Below are positions 35,565-49,146 of a DNA stretch of 64,000 nt, in pieces. The notes under the pieces were generated by a model. The model saw only the letters and a program-made list of their open reading frames with translations. It did no database searches and had not been told where the DNA came from. This DNA comes from Eledone cirrhosa. Lineage: Eukaryota. The stretch covers positions 1 through 64,000 of the forward strand of contig CAXHJY010000192.1 in NCBI GenBank assembly GCA_964016885.1, written 5' to 3'. Numbering within the stretch: position 1 is the stretch's first letter; every line of letters starts with the position of its first letter. Position numbers and translations under genes: made by a program.

Positions 35565-38165
35565 ACAGTGTGGATTGATTGCTTTTTGTCTTGTCACTAG
35601 CATAACTGCCATACAGAATGGACTGGTTGCTTTTTGTCTTGTCACTAGCATACTGCCATACAGAATGGACTGGGTGCTTTTTGTCTTGTCACTAGCATAC
35701 TGCCATACAGAATGGACTGGGTGCTTTTTGTCTTGTCACTAGCATACTGCCATACAGAATGGACTGGGTGCTTTTTGTCTTGTCACTAGCATACTGCCAT
35801 ACAGAATGGACTGGTTGCTTTTTGTCTTGTCACTAGCATACTGCCATACAGAATGGACTGGGTGCTTTTTGTCTTGTCACTAGCATACTGCCATACAGAA
35901 TGGACTGGGTGCTTTTTGTCTTGTCACTAGCATGACTGCCATACAGAATGGACTGGGTGCTTTTTGTCTTGTCACTAGCATGACTGCCATACAGAATGGA
36001 CTGGTTGCTTTTTGTCTTGTCACTAGCATACTGCCATACAGAATGGACTGGGTGCTTTTTGTCTTGTCACTAGCATGACTGCCATACAGAATGGACTGGG
36101 TGCTTTTTGTCTTGTCACTAGCATGACTGCCATACAGAATGGACTGGGTGCTTTTTGTCTTGTCACTAGCATGACTGCCATACAGAATGGACTGGGTGCT
36201 TTTTGTCTTGTCACTAGCATGACTGCCATACAGAATGGACTGGGTGCTTTTTGTCTTGTCACTAGCATGACTGCCATACAGAATGGACTGGGTGCTTTTT
36301 GTCTTGTCACTAGCATGACTGCCATACAGAATGGACTGGGTGCTTTTTGTCTTGTCACTAGCATGACTGCCATACAGAATGGACTGGGTGCTTTTTGTCT
36401 TGTCACTAGCATGACTGCCATACAGAATGGACTGGTTGCTTTTTGTCTTGTCACTAGCATGACTGCCATACAGAATGGACTGGGTGCTTTTTGTCTTGTC
36501 ACTAGCATGACTGCCATACAGAATGGACTGGTTGCTTTTTGTCTTGTCACTAGCATGACTGCCATACAGAATGGACTGGGTGCTTTTTGTCTTGTCACTA
36601 GCATGACTGCCATACAGAATGGACTGGTTGCTTTTTGTCTTGTCACTAGCATGACTGCCATACAGAATGGACTGGGTGCTTTTTGTCTTGTCACTAGCAT
36701 GACTGCCATACAGGATGGACTGGGTGATTTTTGTCTTGTCACTAGCATACTGCCATACAGAATGGACTGGGTGATTTTTGTCTTGTCACTAGCATGACTG
36801 CCATACAGAATGGACTGGGTGCTTTTTGTCTTGTCACTAGCATGACTGCCATACAGAATGGACTGGGTGCTTTTTGTCTTGTCACTAGCATGACTGCCAT
36901 ACAGAATGGACTGGGTGCTTTTTGTCTTGTCACTAGCATGACTGCCATACAGGATGGACTGGTTGCTTTTTGTCTTGTCACTAGCATGACTGCCATACAG
37001 AATGGACTGGGTGCTTTTTGTCTTGTCACTAGCATGACTGCCATACAGAATGGACTGGGTGCTTTTTGTCTTGTCACTAGCATGACTGCCATACAGAATG
37101 GACTGGTTGCTTTTTGTCTTGTCACTAGCATGACTGCCATACAGAATGGACTGGGTGCTTTTTGTCTTGTCACTAGCATGACTGCCATACAGAATGGACT
37201 GGTTGCTTTTTGTCTTGTCACTAGCATGACTGCCATACAGAATGGACTGGGTGCTTTTTGTCTTGTCACTAGCATGACTGCCATACAGAATGGACTGGTT
37301 GCTTTTTGTCTTGTCACTAGCATGACTGCCATACAGAATGGACTGGGTGCTTTTTGTCTTGTCACTAGCATGACTGCCATACAGAATGGACTGGTTGCTT
37401 TTTGTCTTGTCACTAGCATGACTGCCATACAGAATGGACTGGGTGCTTTTTGTCTTGTCACTAGCATGACTGCCATACAGGATGGACTGGGTGATTTTTG
37501 TCTTGTCACTAGCATACTGCCATACAGAATGGACTGGGTGATTTTTGTCTTGTCACTAGCATACTGCCATACAGGATGGACTGGGTGATTTTTGTCTTGT
37601 CACTAGCATACTGCCATACAGGATGGACTGGGTGCTTTTTGTCTTGTCACTAGCATGACTGCCATACAGAATGGACTGGGTGCTTTTTGTCTTGTCACTA
37701 GCATGACTGCCATACAGAATGGACTGGGTGCTTTTTGTCTTGTCACTAGCATACTGCCATACAGGATGGACTTGGTGATTTTTGTCTTGTCACTAGCATG
37801 ACTGCCATACAGAATGGACTGGGTGCTTTTTGTCTTGTCACTAGCATACTGCCATACAAGGTGGACTGGGTGCTTTTTGTCTTGTCACTAGCATGACTGC
37901 CATACAGAATGGACTGGGTGCTTTTTGTCTTGTCACTAGCATACTGCCATACAAGGTGGACTGGGTGCTTTTTGTCTTGTCACTAGCATGATTGCCGTAC
38001 AAGGTGGACTCGGTGCTTTTTCATAGTGGTACCATTACGACCCACATTACAGTGTGGACAGAGTGCTTTTTCGTCAAGGTACCAGCACAACCTCTGAATA
38101 GTGTGGACAGGGTACTTTTTTTTGTCCTGTCACCAGCATAACATAGGGTGGACTGGGTGCTTTTG
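35565..38165. repeat. 47/48-bp satellite (about 50 homogeneous units plus diverged edge units) inside a SINE
   Basis: Unit CAGAATGGACTGGGTGCTTTTTGTCTTGTCACTAGCATGACTGCCATA, preceded by the SINE tail at 35478. Confidence 0.97.
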
Positions 38166-38342
38166 TTAAAAAAAGAAACTTGTATCTCCTCTTTTATCCT
38201 TCTATATATTTAACCAGTTGACATACCCAGCTTTGCCCAGGTAAACAGATGATAAGAGAAGACAGGTAAAAAAGAAAACGACTGTATTGGATGCATTGTC
38301 TGGTTTACAGTATGGAGGCGAGACCGTGGTGTGTGTGACAAA

Positions 38343-38414
38343 AAATAGCGAGTCTTGTTAGCCTACACTTTCACCTGCGCAGGGGAAAGTGTAGGCTAAC
38401 AAGACTCGCTATTT
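38343..38414. other. Near-perfect 72-bp palindrome
   Basis: AAATAGCGAGTCTTGTTAGCCTACACTTTC-A-CCTG-CG-CAGG-G-GAAAGTGTAGGCTAACAAGACTCGCTATTT. Confidence 0.9.
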
Positions 38415-38884
38415 GGCCATAATAAATTAATATTTAAACTCTACTTCAGTATTGAGTACTCTTTTCTCTTATCCGTCACATTATATATATATATATAACA
38501 TACATGTGTGTGTATGCATAAGTTCATATATGTGTGCAAATCAATAATGATTTTTTTCTCAACTAGGCATAAGGCCAATTTATATACACCATACATAGAA
38601 ATGGTATAGAATCAATGGAACCGGGGAGAAGGAAGATGAAGAAAAAGAAAAAGGAAAAGAAAAAGATGAAGAAATGCAAGGCTGCTGTAAATTATAATGA
38701 GGGAGATATTGGTTTACTTATCCCCATTACGTGACTGGTACTTTATTTTATCAACCCTGGAAGGATAGATGGAAAAGTCAGCTGAGCTAACGTGATTTCA
38801 ACACAACGATATGCAGAGATAACTAAATAAAGTGAGTCTAATTAGTAATCTCGAAAGACTGTCTTAAGCCAGAAGTTTCGTTAG

Positions 38885-39120
38885 ACCGGTGCTTATCCTG
38901 GTTTCATGGCATGAAGTGACAGAGTACAAGACTCCCCCCTGGACAGGATGCCAGTCCATCGCAGGGTTAAACCCCCCAGCTATTACTGGTACTCATTTAT
39001 AGCTGAGTATACTGGAGCAACGTGAAATGAAGTGTTTTGCTCAAGAACACAACACACAACCCAGGAATCAAATCCACGACATTATGATCGTAAGTCCAAC
39101 ACCCTCGCCACGAAACATCC
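38885..39120 (-). mobile_element. Second CORE-type SINE family (plus-strand copy with duplicated head 44243-44615)
   Basis: CTTGAGCAAAACACTTCATTTCACGTTGCTCCAG core and a body shared with 44400-44590. Confidence 0.75.
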
Positions 39121-39507
39121 ACATTAGTTAGTAATAGCAATCCTAATTGACAACAAATTCCGGTTATATTAATTGTTAATTAGAATTAAAGATATTGATT
39201 TCTATCATTGGTTCAAGGCTACAAGTTGTAGCAGTGGAGATATTGGTCAATTATATCAAACCTAGTATATAACTGGTATTTTTGGCAGTATCGGTAGAGA
39301 GTCAGACACCATGCATAGAGTTACGTCCCTTTACGGTCTGAGTTCAAATCCCGCCGAGGTTAACTTTGCCTTTCATCCTTACGGGGTCGATAAAATAAAG
39401 TACCAGTAATACACTAGGTAATTGCTGGCCTTGTGCCAAAAGTAGATAGAAACAATTATTATTTCATAAACCCACCACAAACATGAAAGGTGTGGTTGTG
39501 ATGCAGC

Positions 39508-40716
39508 AGTGGTGGTGGTGGTATTTGTGATGCAGAGATGGTGGTGGTGGTGGTGATGGTGGTGGTGAAGGTGATGGTGCGTGTGGTACTGATGATGGTG
39601 GTGATGGTGGTGATTGTGGTGAAGGTGGTGGTAGTGGTAGTGGTGGTGATGATGGTGGTAGTGGTGGTGATGGTGGTAGTGGTGATGGTGGTGATTGTGG
39701 TGAAGGTGGTGGTGGTAAAGGTGATGGTGCTTGTGGTACTGATGATGGTGGTGATGGTGGTGATTGTGGTGAAGGTGGTGGTAGTGGTAGTGGTGGTGAT
39801 GATGGTGGTAGTGGTGGTGATGGTGGTAGTGGTGATGGTGGTGATTGTGGTGAAGGTGGTGGTGGTGGTGGTAAAGGTGATGGTGCTTGTGGTACTGATG
39901 ATGGTGGTGATGGTGGTGATTGTGGTGAAGGTGGTGGTAGTGGTAGTGGTGATGATGGTGATGGTGGTAGTGGTGGTGATGGTGGTGATTGTGGTGAAGG
40001 TGGTGGTGGTAGTGGTAGTGGTAGTGGTGATGGTGGTGGTATTGGTGATGGTGGTGATGAAGGTGGTGGTGATTGTGGTGAAGGTGGTGGTGGTGGTGGT
40101 AGTGGTAGTGATGGTGATGGTGGTAGTGGTGATAGTGGTGGTGATGGTGGTAGTGGTGATGGCGATGGTGGTGATGGTGGTAGTGGTGGTAGTGGTGGTG
40201 ATGGTGGTAGTGGTGATGGCGATGGTGGTGATGGTGGTAGTGGTGGTGATGGTGATGGTGCTTGTGGTACTGATGATGGTGGTGATGGTGGTGATTGTGG
40301 TGAAGGTGGTGGTGGTGGTAGTGGTAGTGGTGGTGATGGTAGTGGTGGTGGTGATGGTGGTAGTGGTGGTGATGGTAGTGGTGGTGATGGTGGTGATTGT
40401 GGTGAAGGTGGTGGTGGTGGTGGTAGTGGTAGTGGTGGTGATGATGGTGGTAGTGGTGGTGATGGTGGTAGTGGTGATGGTGGTGGTAGTGGTGATGGTG
40501 GTGATTGTGGTGAAGGTGGTGGTGGTAGTGGTAGTGATGGTGATGGTGGTAGTGGTGATAGTGGTGGTGATGGTGGTAGTGGTGATGGTGGTAGTGATGA
40601 TGGCGATGATGGTGATGGTGATGGTGCTTGTGGTACTGATGATGGTGGTGATGGTGATGGTGCTTGTGAAGGTGGTGGTGGTGGTAGTAGTGGTGGTGGT
40701 GAAGGTACTGGTGGTA
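39508..40716. repeat. Degenerate (GGT/GAT/AGT)n trinucleotide minisatellite
   Basis: Directly visible, with longer internal duplications. Confidence 0.95.
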
Positions 40717-41433
40717 GCATTATTTGTGATACAAAACTGAGACTGTGAAGACCTAGAAACCTGTTTCTTTCAGTAAAGAATAAACGAACGAACGAAAGAA
40801 TGAGATGAGAGCCTCTAACAACAACAGCAGCAGCAGCAACAACAGCAGCAGCAACAGCAAATGAGAATGAAAGTGAGGAAGAAGGGAAAGGATGAAATAT
40901 AGTCAGATATAAAGGACAATATTACAGTAACAACAATACTTGGGTTATGCTGCAAGAAAAAAAACCTATTTCAATCTAACCTATAGATCTATATAAATAT
41001 ATATAGCCATGTCTTTATATAGGCACGTGTATCTAGCAGTTTGAACCAATCAATATAGTTAGTTAGCCACCCTAGTAGATTAACTGAAAGGTGGGTGAAT
41101 GTAGCAAAAATGGCCCGAGTGATTGGGCCTTCTCTATATATAAACCTGTAGGTTGAAGATGAGAGCAAAAGGAAGAAAGGAGCTCTTGCACAACACGCTC
41201 CTGGAGTTGAGGGTTGTTCTATCTACGGGGTATTAAACAACCCATTTGTAACGTCTCCCCCCTATTGGGGATTTCGATTGTTGAATTTGTTTGTTAAAAA
41301 TTTTTTTTTACACGATTGCATGTAAAATCCCCGGCATATGTCCTTGTATTGCCCTTTTCTTGTGCGCCCTTGTGGCAAATAAAGAAATATATCTATTTAT
41401 CTATCATGAAGGTTTGTATCTTATTTATCTGTT

Positions 41434-41975
41434 GTGAAGATGTGTGGCTTAGTGGTTAAGGTATCAAGCTAGTTAGCTACCTATTTATCTATCGTGAAGA
41501 TGTGTGGCTTAGTGGTTAAGGTATCAAGCTAGTTAGCTAGCTATTTATCTATCGTGAAGATGTGTGGCTTAGTGGTTAGGGTATCAAGCTAGTTAGCTAG
41601 CTATTTATCTATCGTGAAGGTTTGTGGCTTAGTGGTTAAGGTATCAAGCGAGTTAGCTAGCTATTTATCTATCGTGAAGGTTTGTGGCTTAGTGGTTAAG
41701 GTATCAAGCGAGTTAGCTAGCTATTTATCTATCGTGAAGGTTTGTGGCTTAGTGGTTAAGGTATCAAGCTAGTTAGCTAGCTATTTATCTATCGTGAAGA
41801 TGTGTGGCTTAGTGGTTAAGGTATCAAGCTAGTTAGCTAGCTATTTATCTATCGTGAAGATGTGTGGCTTCGTGGTTAAGGTATCAAGCTAGTTAGCTAG
41901 CTATTTATCTATCGTGAAGATGTGTGGCTTAGTGGTTAAGGTATCAAGCTAGTTAGCTAGCTATTTATCTATCGT
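41434..41975 (+). repeat. 60-bp tandem repeat x9 containing a SINE A box
   Basis: GTGAAGATGTGTGGCTTAGTGGTTAAGGTATCAAGCTAGTTAGCTAGCTATTTATCTATC. Confidence 0.95.
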
Positions 41976-42515
41976 GCAAAGTGGTCATGGAGGTGCCACA
42001 GCAAAAAAGCACCCGGCCCACACTGTAAAGAGGACATGTAGGCGCCACGGAAAAAAAGCACCCAGCACTCACTGTAAATGAGGTTGGTGTTAGGAAGGGC
42101 ATCCAGCTGTAGAAATCAAGCCAAAATCAGTTCCCGTACGAGCAAGACAAGGTCACCCGACCTGACATTGCCCACAACAAAACAACCCGTCTAACCCATG
42201 TTAGTGTGGAAGAATGGACGTAAAACAGTGATGATGATGATGAAGGCTTGTAACTTAGTGGTTAGGGTATCAAACTAGGTAGGTATTTATCTGCCATGAG
42301 CCTCATCCCATGTTTTCATGAGTTTGCCTCTTTCATACGTCCCAGCAACTGGAGATTCTCCGCATTTCTTTATACAGTTGTTTTATCCAAGTGCATCACA
42401 TGTCCATACCAACGCAGTCTTCTCTCTCGTGCACTACATCTAATTCCTCTTTTGCTAAGTTTTTTTCTCTCAGTCTCCTTGTCCTCGCTATGCCTGGAGA
42501 CCTATACGGAAAAAG

Positions 42516-42598
42516 ACTTTCCTGATGACGGAATGATTTTCCATGTGTTTCTTCGGAAAATATATTTACTCCATTCCAGAAACTAATTTGTTGGAAGT
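42516..42598 (+). ncRNA. Candidate type-I hammerhead with extended stem II
   Basis: ACUUUC CUGAUGA C-GGAAUG...CAUUCC-A GAAAC UAAUUU GUU GGAAGU. Confidence 0.55.
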
Positions 42599-42643
42599 GA
42601 TTTTTTAGTAAGTAAGTTAATTTTATAATTTTCTTATTTTACG

Positions 42644-42683
<40 letters not shown>

Positions 42684-42742
42684 TTTTCCAATTCTATCAC
42701 TGCCCAATCTCCTCTCGCTATTTCTTCTTTAAAGTCTCATTC

Positions 42743-42782
42743 TATTTTCTGATGAAGGACTAGCGCCCGAAACATTAACTCT
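42743..42782 (+). ncRNA. Candidate minimal hammerhead, degenerate copy of the 58042-58080 family
   Basis: CUGAUGA AGGAC UAGC GCCC GAAAC AUUA. Confidence 0.45.
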
Positions 42783-43245
42783 CTTTTCCTACTATATCAA
42801 GTGTAAAACTAATAATATATTTCTCCAGTGTACATGTTTGCTTTGTTATTTGTTTGTCTTTTGTATATATGTATGTATGTATATATATATTTTTAGAAAA
42901 TGTAGGAATCCTATATATATATATGTAGGTGAGTGTATATATATATATATATATGTAGGTGTGTATATGTGTGTGTGTATATATATATATTTAGAGACCA
43001 ATTCTACCCAGTGGTAAACTACCAAATTCAAATGTGTATATATATAGATGTAGGAATGTAAATGCAGATTGCCTACAATTACTTTCAGTTCAGTGTTTGA
43101 GATTCTTACATCTTCTGAGAATTTCACATCTACCCAAATAGTTTGATACTTCATATTTACAATGTTGCATATATCTATATACATATATAATCATCATCAT
43201 CATCATCATCATTTAACATCCACTCTCCCTGCTAACAAAGGTTGC

Positions 43246-43285
<40 letters not shown>

Positions 43286-43398
43286 TATTAGAAAATGTAG
43301 GAATACTAAATACGATTGGCTACATATGTTATATACATAGATTGATAGATAAATAGATAGACAAACAGATAGATAGGTGATAGGTGTATATATATAAA

Positions 43399-43429
<31 letters not shown>

Positions 43430-43444
43430 TGGTACCACAGAACA

Positions 43445-43850
43445 TCCAGTCCACGCTGTAAAGCGGTCATGTAGGAGACACAGTAAAAAGGCTCCCAGTC
43501 CACACTGTAAAGTGGTCATGTAGGAGACAGTAAAAAGGCTCCCAGTCCATACTGTAATGTGGTCATGTAGGAGACACAGTAAAAAGGCTTCCAGTCCACA
43601 CTGTAAAGTGGTCATGTAGGAGACACAGTAAAAAGGCTCCCAGTCCACGCTGTAAAGTGGTCATGTAGGAGACACAGTAAAAAGGCTCCCAGTCCAAACT
43701 GTAATGTGGTCATGTAGGAGACACAGTAAAAAGGCTCCCAGTCCACTGTAAAGTGGTCATGTAGGAGACAGTAAAAAGGCTCCCAGTCCATACTGTAATG
43801 TGGTCATGTAGGAGACACAGTAAAAAGGCTCCCAGTCCACACTGTAAATG
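43445..43850. repeat. 46-48-bp minisatellite (about 8 units) inside a SINE
   Basis: Unit GACACAGTAAAAAGGCTCCCAGTCCACACTGTAAAGTGGTCATGTAGGA, followed by SINE body and tail to 44010. Confidence 0.93.
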
Positions 43851-45054
43851 TGGTTGGTGTTAGGAAGGGCATCCAGCCATAGAAAACCTGCCAGAAACAG
43901 TTCTGTATGAGTGAGACACGGTCACTCGACCGATCTTGTCTAAAGTGGGATAAATCCGTCTAACCCATGCTAGTGTGGAAGATAGACGTTAAACGATGAT
44001 GATGATGATGATTATATATATATATATATATAATTTTGGAATTCATCATCATCATGGTACAAAATCTAACATGGGTCAATGATATACAAAATATGTTTGT
44101 TTTTTCAGAACTTCACTGTTTAATGGACCGAGAACAGAAAGTATAGGTAGGATGTATAATTTGAACAGAGCAGAACATAACAGATAATTGCCAGTAGCAC
44201 TAAGATAGCGTTAAGCCTAATAACAATAAATATAACCATCGTCATGGCTTAGTGGTAAGGGTCTTGAGCTTACGATCGTCGTGTCACGTGGTCAATTCTT
44301 GGACCAGGTTGTGTGTTGTGTTCTTGAGCAAAACACTTCATTTTATGTTGCTCCAGTAGTAAGGAAGTAGGACTTATGATCATAATGTCGTGGGTTCGAT
44401 TCCTGGGCTGGGTTGTGTGTTATGTTCGTGAGCAAAACACTTCATTTTATGTTGCTCCAGTACACTCAGATGAAAATGAGTACCAGCAATAGCTGGGATG
44501 TTTAACCCTGCAAAGGACTGGTGTCCTGTCCAGGGGTGGAGTCTTGTACACTCAGTTGCTTGATGCCAAGAGAAACTGGTATAATCACCAACCTAATGAG
44601 CCTGCAGGACTGAGACAAACCTCCATCTAAACATCTATGCATGTTATGTGGTTATTTTACTTTCCAAGAGAGTTACCTCATGTTTCTAAAATCAAATACT
44701 ACCTAGGGTGAGATGGTGGGGAATCTTGAAGGGAGAAGGAATGAAGAAAAAGAATAGGTTAATATATTAAATGGGGTGGTAGAGGTGTACTGATGAAGGC
44801 ATCATAGGCTGTGCACTCTACTCTATTGGAAGGTTGCCAGAAACTGGTAAACAAACAACGCAAAGAAAAACAAACGATGAGAGCAGAGTAAAAACAAACA
44901 AAAATCAATACTGGTAAATATATATATAGTTGGTGTTTAGCACTGATTGTACTGAGCTAATTAACAAAGGTCAGTCCTGCCATGACCATCCCATCAGATT
45001 ATTGTATTATTCAATGTGTTCTTTTGTGCTAACTTTTATAAAATTAATCTGACA

Positions 45055-45370
45055 ATGATGGCTGGTGCTATCATTAAGGGCAACTAGGGAGCTATCTAGG
45101 GTACATACCTCAGAGTGACTCAATACTGACAGGACTGGTGCTACCATTAAGGGCAACTAGGGAGCTATCTAGAGCACATACCTCAGGGTGACTCAATACT
45201 GACAGAGCTGGTGCTACCATTTACGGCACATATCTCGAGAACCACAGTACTGACAGGACTGGTGCTACCATTAAGGGCAACTAGGGAGCTATCTAGGGCA
45301 CATACCTCAGAGAGCCACAGTACTGACAGGGCTGGTGCTACCATTAAGGGCAACTAGGCAGCTATCTCGG
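45055..45370. repeat. About 75-bp tandem repeat (4-5 imperfect units)
   Basis: CTGGTGCTACCATTAAGGGCAACTAGGGAGCTATCTAG recurs. Confidence 0.85.
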
Positions 45371-45494
45371 ACTGAGACCTCGATTTCTCTCTCTCTCTCT
45401 CTCGTCAGATGTGACTGACTAAAATAGAATATAAAACGAACATTGATAGAACAGATACCAGTTATAAGATGGGGCTAGTGTAATCAGACATAAT

Positions 45495-46540
45495 ACAGCC
45501 CCGCTCCTATGACTTTCGGAAACATTCTTTCACTCAGAGTTGCTGAAGCATGGAAAAAACTACCTGCATCAGTTGTTAGCTGTCGAGACACTGCATCCTT
45601 TAAAACCTCCATGGAACAAACTACCTGCATCAGTTGTTAGCTGTCGAGACACTGCATCCTTTAAAACCTCCATGGAACAAACTACCTGCATCAGTTGTTA
45701 GCTGTCGGGACACTGCATCCTTTATAACCTCCATGGAACAAACTACCTGCATCAGTTGTTAGCTGTCGAGACACTGCATCCTTTAAAACCTCCATGGAAC
45801 AAACTACCTGCATCAGTTGTTAGCTGTCGAGACACTGAATCCTTTAAAACCTCCATGAAACAAACTACCTGCATCAGTTGTTAGCTGTCGGGACACTGCA
45901 TCCTTTATAACCTCCATGGAACAAACTACCTACAGCAGTTGTTAGCTGTCGGGACACTGCATCCTTTAAAACCTCCATGAAACAAACTACCTGCATCAGT
46001 TGTTAGCTGTCGGGACACTGCATCCTTTATAACCTCCATGGAACAAACTACCTGCATCAGTTGTTAGCTGTCGAGACACTGCATCCTTTAAAACCTCCAT
46101 GGAACAAACTACCTGCATCAGTTATTAGCTGTCGAGACACTGCATCCTTTAAAACCTCCATGGAACAAACTACCTGCATCAGTTGTTAGCTGTCGAGACA
46201 CTGCATCCTTTAAAACCTCCATGAAACAAACTACCTACATCAGTTGTTAGCTGTCGAGACACTGCATCCTTTAAAACCTCCATGAAACAAACTACCTACA
46301 TCAGTTGTTAGCTGTCGAGACACTGCATCCTTTAAAACCTCCATGCTTCCTGAAATTCTCCAACACTACACCTAATATCCCCACTCCATACAGTCGGAGG
46401 CATGTGTATATCCTGACTCAAACACTGTTCACTTTCCTGACATTTGTACATTATTCTTTGTACTATACATGCACCTTTGATGAGTTGTAGTGCACTTGAG
46501 CACTGTAGACAATAATTTTCATTATTATTATTATTATTAT
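45495..46540 (+). mobile_element. CR1-like LINE 3' fragment with 61-bp array (about 13 copies)
   Basis: Same family and unit as 15219-16415; (ATT)n tail. Confidence 0.9.
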
Positions 46541-49062
46541 ACAGTCCTACATACAAACACATACCTCTTCTATCTCTCTAATAACCAACCACTCACCCCA
46601 CACACACCTCAACCAACCTTTAGAAATAATAAAGAACTATTTCCAGAAAAGACTGAGAAAAATTAATAAGAGAGTATGAATAGATAACCAAATACCAGTA
46701 ATACGGGGTGAGGAGAGGTCGGACAAAATACACATACACACAGACATCACATACACACACAGACATATACATATACACACATACATATACACACAGACAC
46801 ATACATCACATACACAGACATACATATACACACACATATACAGACATATGCACAGACACATACATCACATACAGACACACACACATACATATACACACAG
46901 ACACATACATCACATACACACAGACATATACATATACACACATACATATACACAGACACATACATCACATACACATACATATACAGACATATACATTCAC
47001 ACATACAAATACATTTAAACACATTCACACACACATTCACATAGACACACACACACATGGACAGAGGTTATGGCTTAGAAGAAAGAAAAAAAAAAATCAA
47101 AAGATTAATCATGTATAAAATTGATACCAGTAATACAATGGTGGAGAGATTTAGGTATTCATTATATAACACACACGCGGCAAAGAGTTATGTCCCTTTA
47201 CGTTCTGGGTTCAAATCCTGCCACGGTTAGCTTTGCCTTTCATCTTTAGGAGCTCGATAAAATAAAGTACCAGTAACACACTGTGGTCTATTAAAACGAC
47301 TTTCCTTTCCCCCCTAAAAAACTGTAGGCCTTGTGCCGAAATCAGGAACCATGAGGGTCGGACGACATGGTTTGTAGCATAGAGTTACGCCCCTTTATGG
47401 TCTGAGTTCAAATCCTGTCGAGGTTAACTTTGCCTTTCATTCTTACGGGGTAATGTACTGGGATAATTTCTGGCCTTGTGCCAAAAGTAGAAACAATTAT
47501 TATAAGAACTGTAGATTGGCAGAATCGGGAGAGCGTCCAACGTGTTTTGCGGCACAGAGTTACGTCCCTTTGCGTTCTGAGTTCAAATCCTGCTGAGGTT
47601 AGCTCTGCCTTTCATCCTAACAGGGGTCGATAAAATAAAGTACCAGCTGTGCCAGGTTTAGGACAAATGAGGCCCTGTACTAGTTAAATTATGAGGCCCT
47701 GAAGGAAGCAAACACATTTTTTGGCAGGAAGATGGGTCACTCTGTACAACAGGGCCCGCTGCTTAAGCACACCTAAACACTATGGTAAATCCGGAACTGA
47801 GTACCAGTAACGCACTGGGGCTGGGGGTCGATTTAATAGACTTTCCCCTGCCCCCAAATTATTGGCCTTGTGCCCGATCTAGAAACAATTATAACACACA
47901 GACACACACACATACAAACACACACATTTACACATACACATTTTTTCACACAGACACACACATTTACACATATAGACACATTCTCATATTTTTTAACTCC
48001 TTAATATTTCAAGCTAGTGAGAGAGAAAGTCTACCTCCCCCGCCAAAAAAAAAACAATAGTCACGGGTGACCGAGAAAGACAACTGGTTAAGCCTGCATT
48101 GAATAATAGATACCGGTAATACAATAGGGTACAATGTAACCTGCCATATAGAACATTTGACACTTGGTATATAAATATAACCACATTCTTCCTCTTGTTT
48201 CCAGCTAATAAAAGTAGCAAGAGAAATGAATGAAGAAGGAAATATACTAGACGAATGAGTAAGCATAAATGGTTACATAATACCAGTAATACTGTGAGGT
48301 AATAAATGTAAGGATCGCCTTTGAGACCATGAGAGCTCCACGAGAGACCATGAGATTTTTTTCAAAGAAAGTTGCCCTCCAAGGCACAAGTCCAGGCATA
48401 TCGGTCCCACTTCTCAACACCACCAATGTTGTCCAAGGGAAAGGCTATGGCTGATACAGCTTGGCACCAGTGGTGCCATAACACATATATACATACTGTA
48501 TGTAGACTGTCTATATACATTATATACACACTATACAAACTCCCTCTTGCACCAATGACCAGCCAACACAGGCTGGAGATAGAATATGTAGCAACAAGGT
48601 CGGTGCCCCAGCATGGCCTCAGCCGGATGGCTGGAACAAGTAAAAGAGTAAAAGAGTATATATATTCTATATATACACACTATATATATTCTATATATAC
48701 ACTATACATGGTGTTGTCCAAGAGAAAGGCAAAGGTTGATGTAGCTTGGCACCAGCAGTCCATTTCTACAACTGAGTAAACTGGAGCAATGTGAAATAAA
48801 GTGTCTTGCTCAAGGAAACAACGCATCTCCCGGAGCATATCCTTCGAAATCAATAGACATGTCCGAGGAACCTGTGAATCCAGAGTCAGGTCGATCCACA
48901 CATGGATCGCACCTCAAGCTGTTCACCAGGGAAACAATTGTAACACAATAAATTGAGTTCCGATGCATCACTGATTTTTCGTTTTCTATTCTATCATACT
49001 CTGCTCCATAGGGGCATAGAGTGCTCAACTGGCATACCGCCTATGAAAGCATCTTAGCTACC

Positions 49063-49146
<84 letters not shown>

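Noticed and set aside
36023-37588. 240-264 aa ORFs with 16-aa periodicity (also 20757-21299)
   Set aside because: Translations of a 48-bp satellite, broken by 47-bp units, inside introns.
39464-40740. Pro/Ser-rich extensin-like ORF and antisense Val/Met-rich ORF
   Set aside because: Degenerate trinucleotide repeat. PAQR3 exons 1 and 2 join in frame without it, and there is no unique coding sequence.
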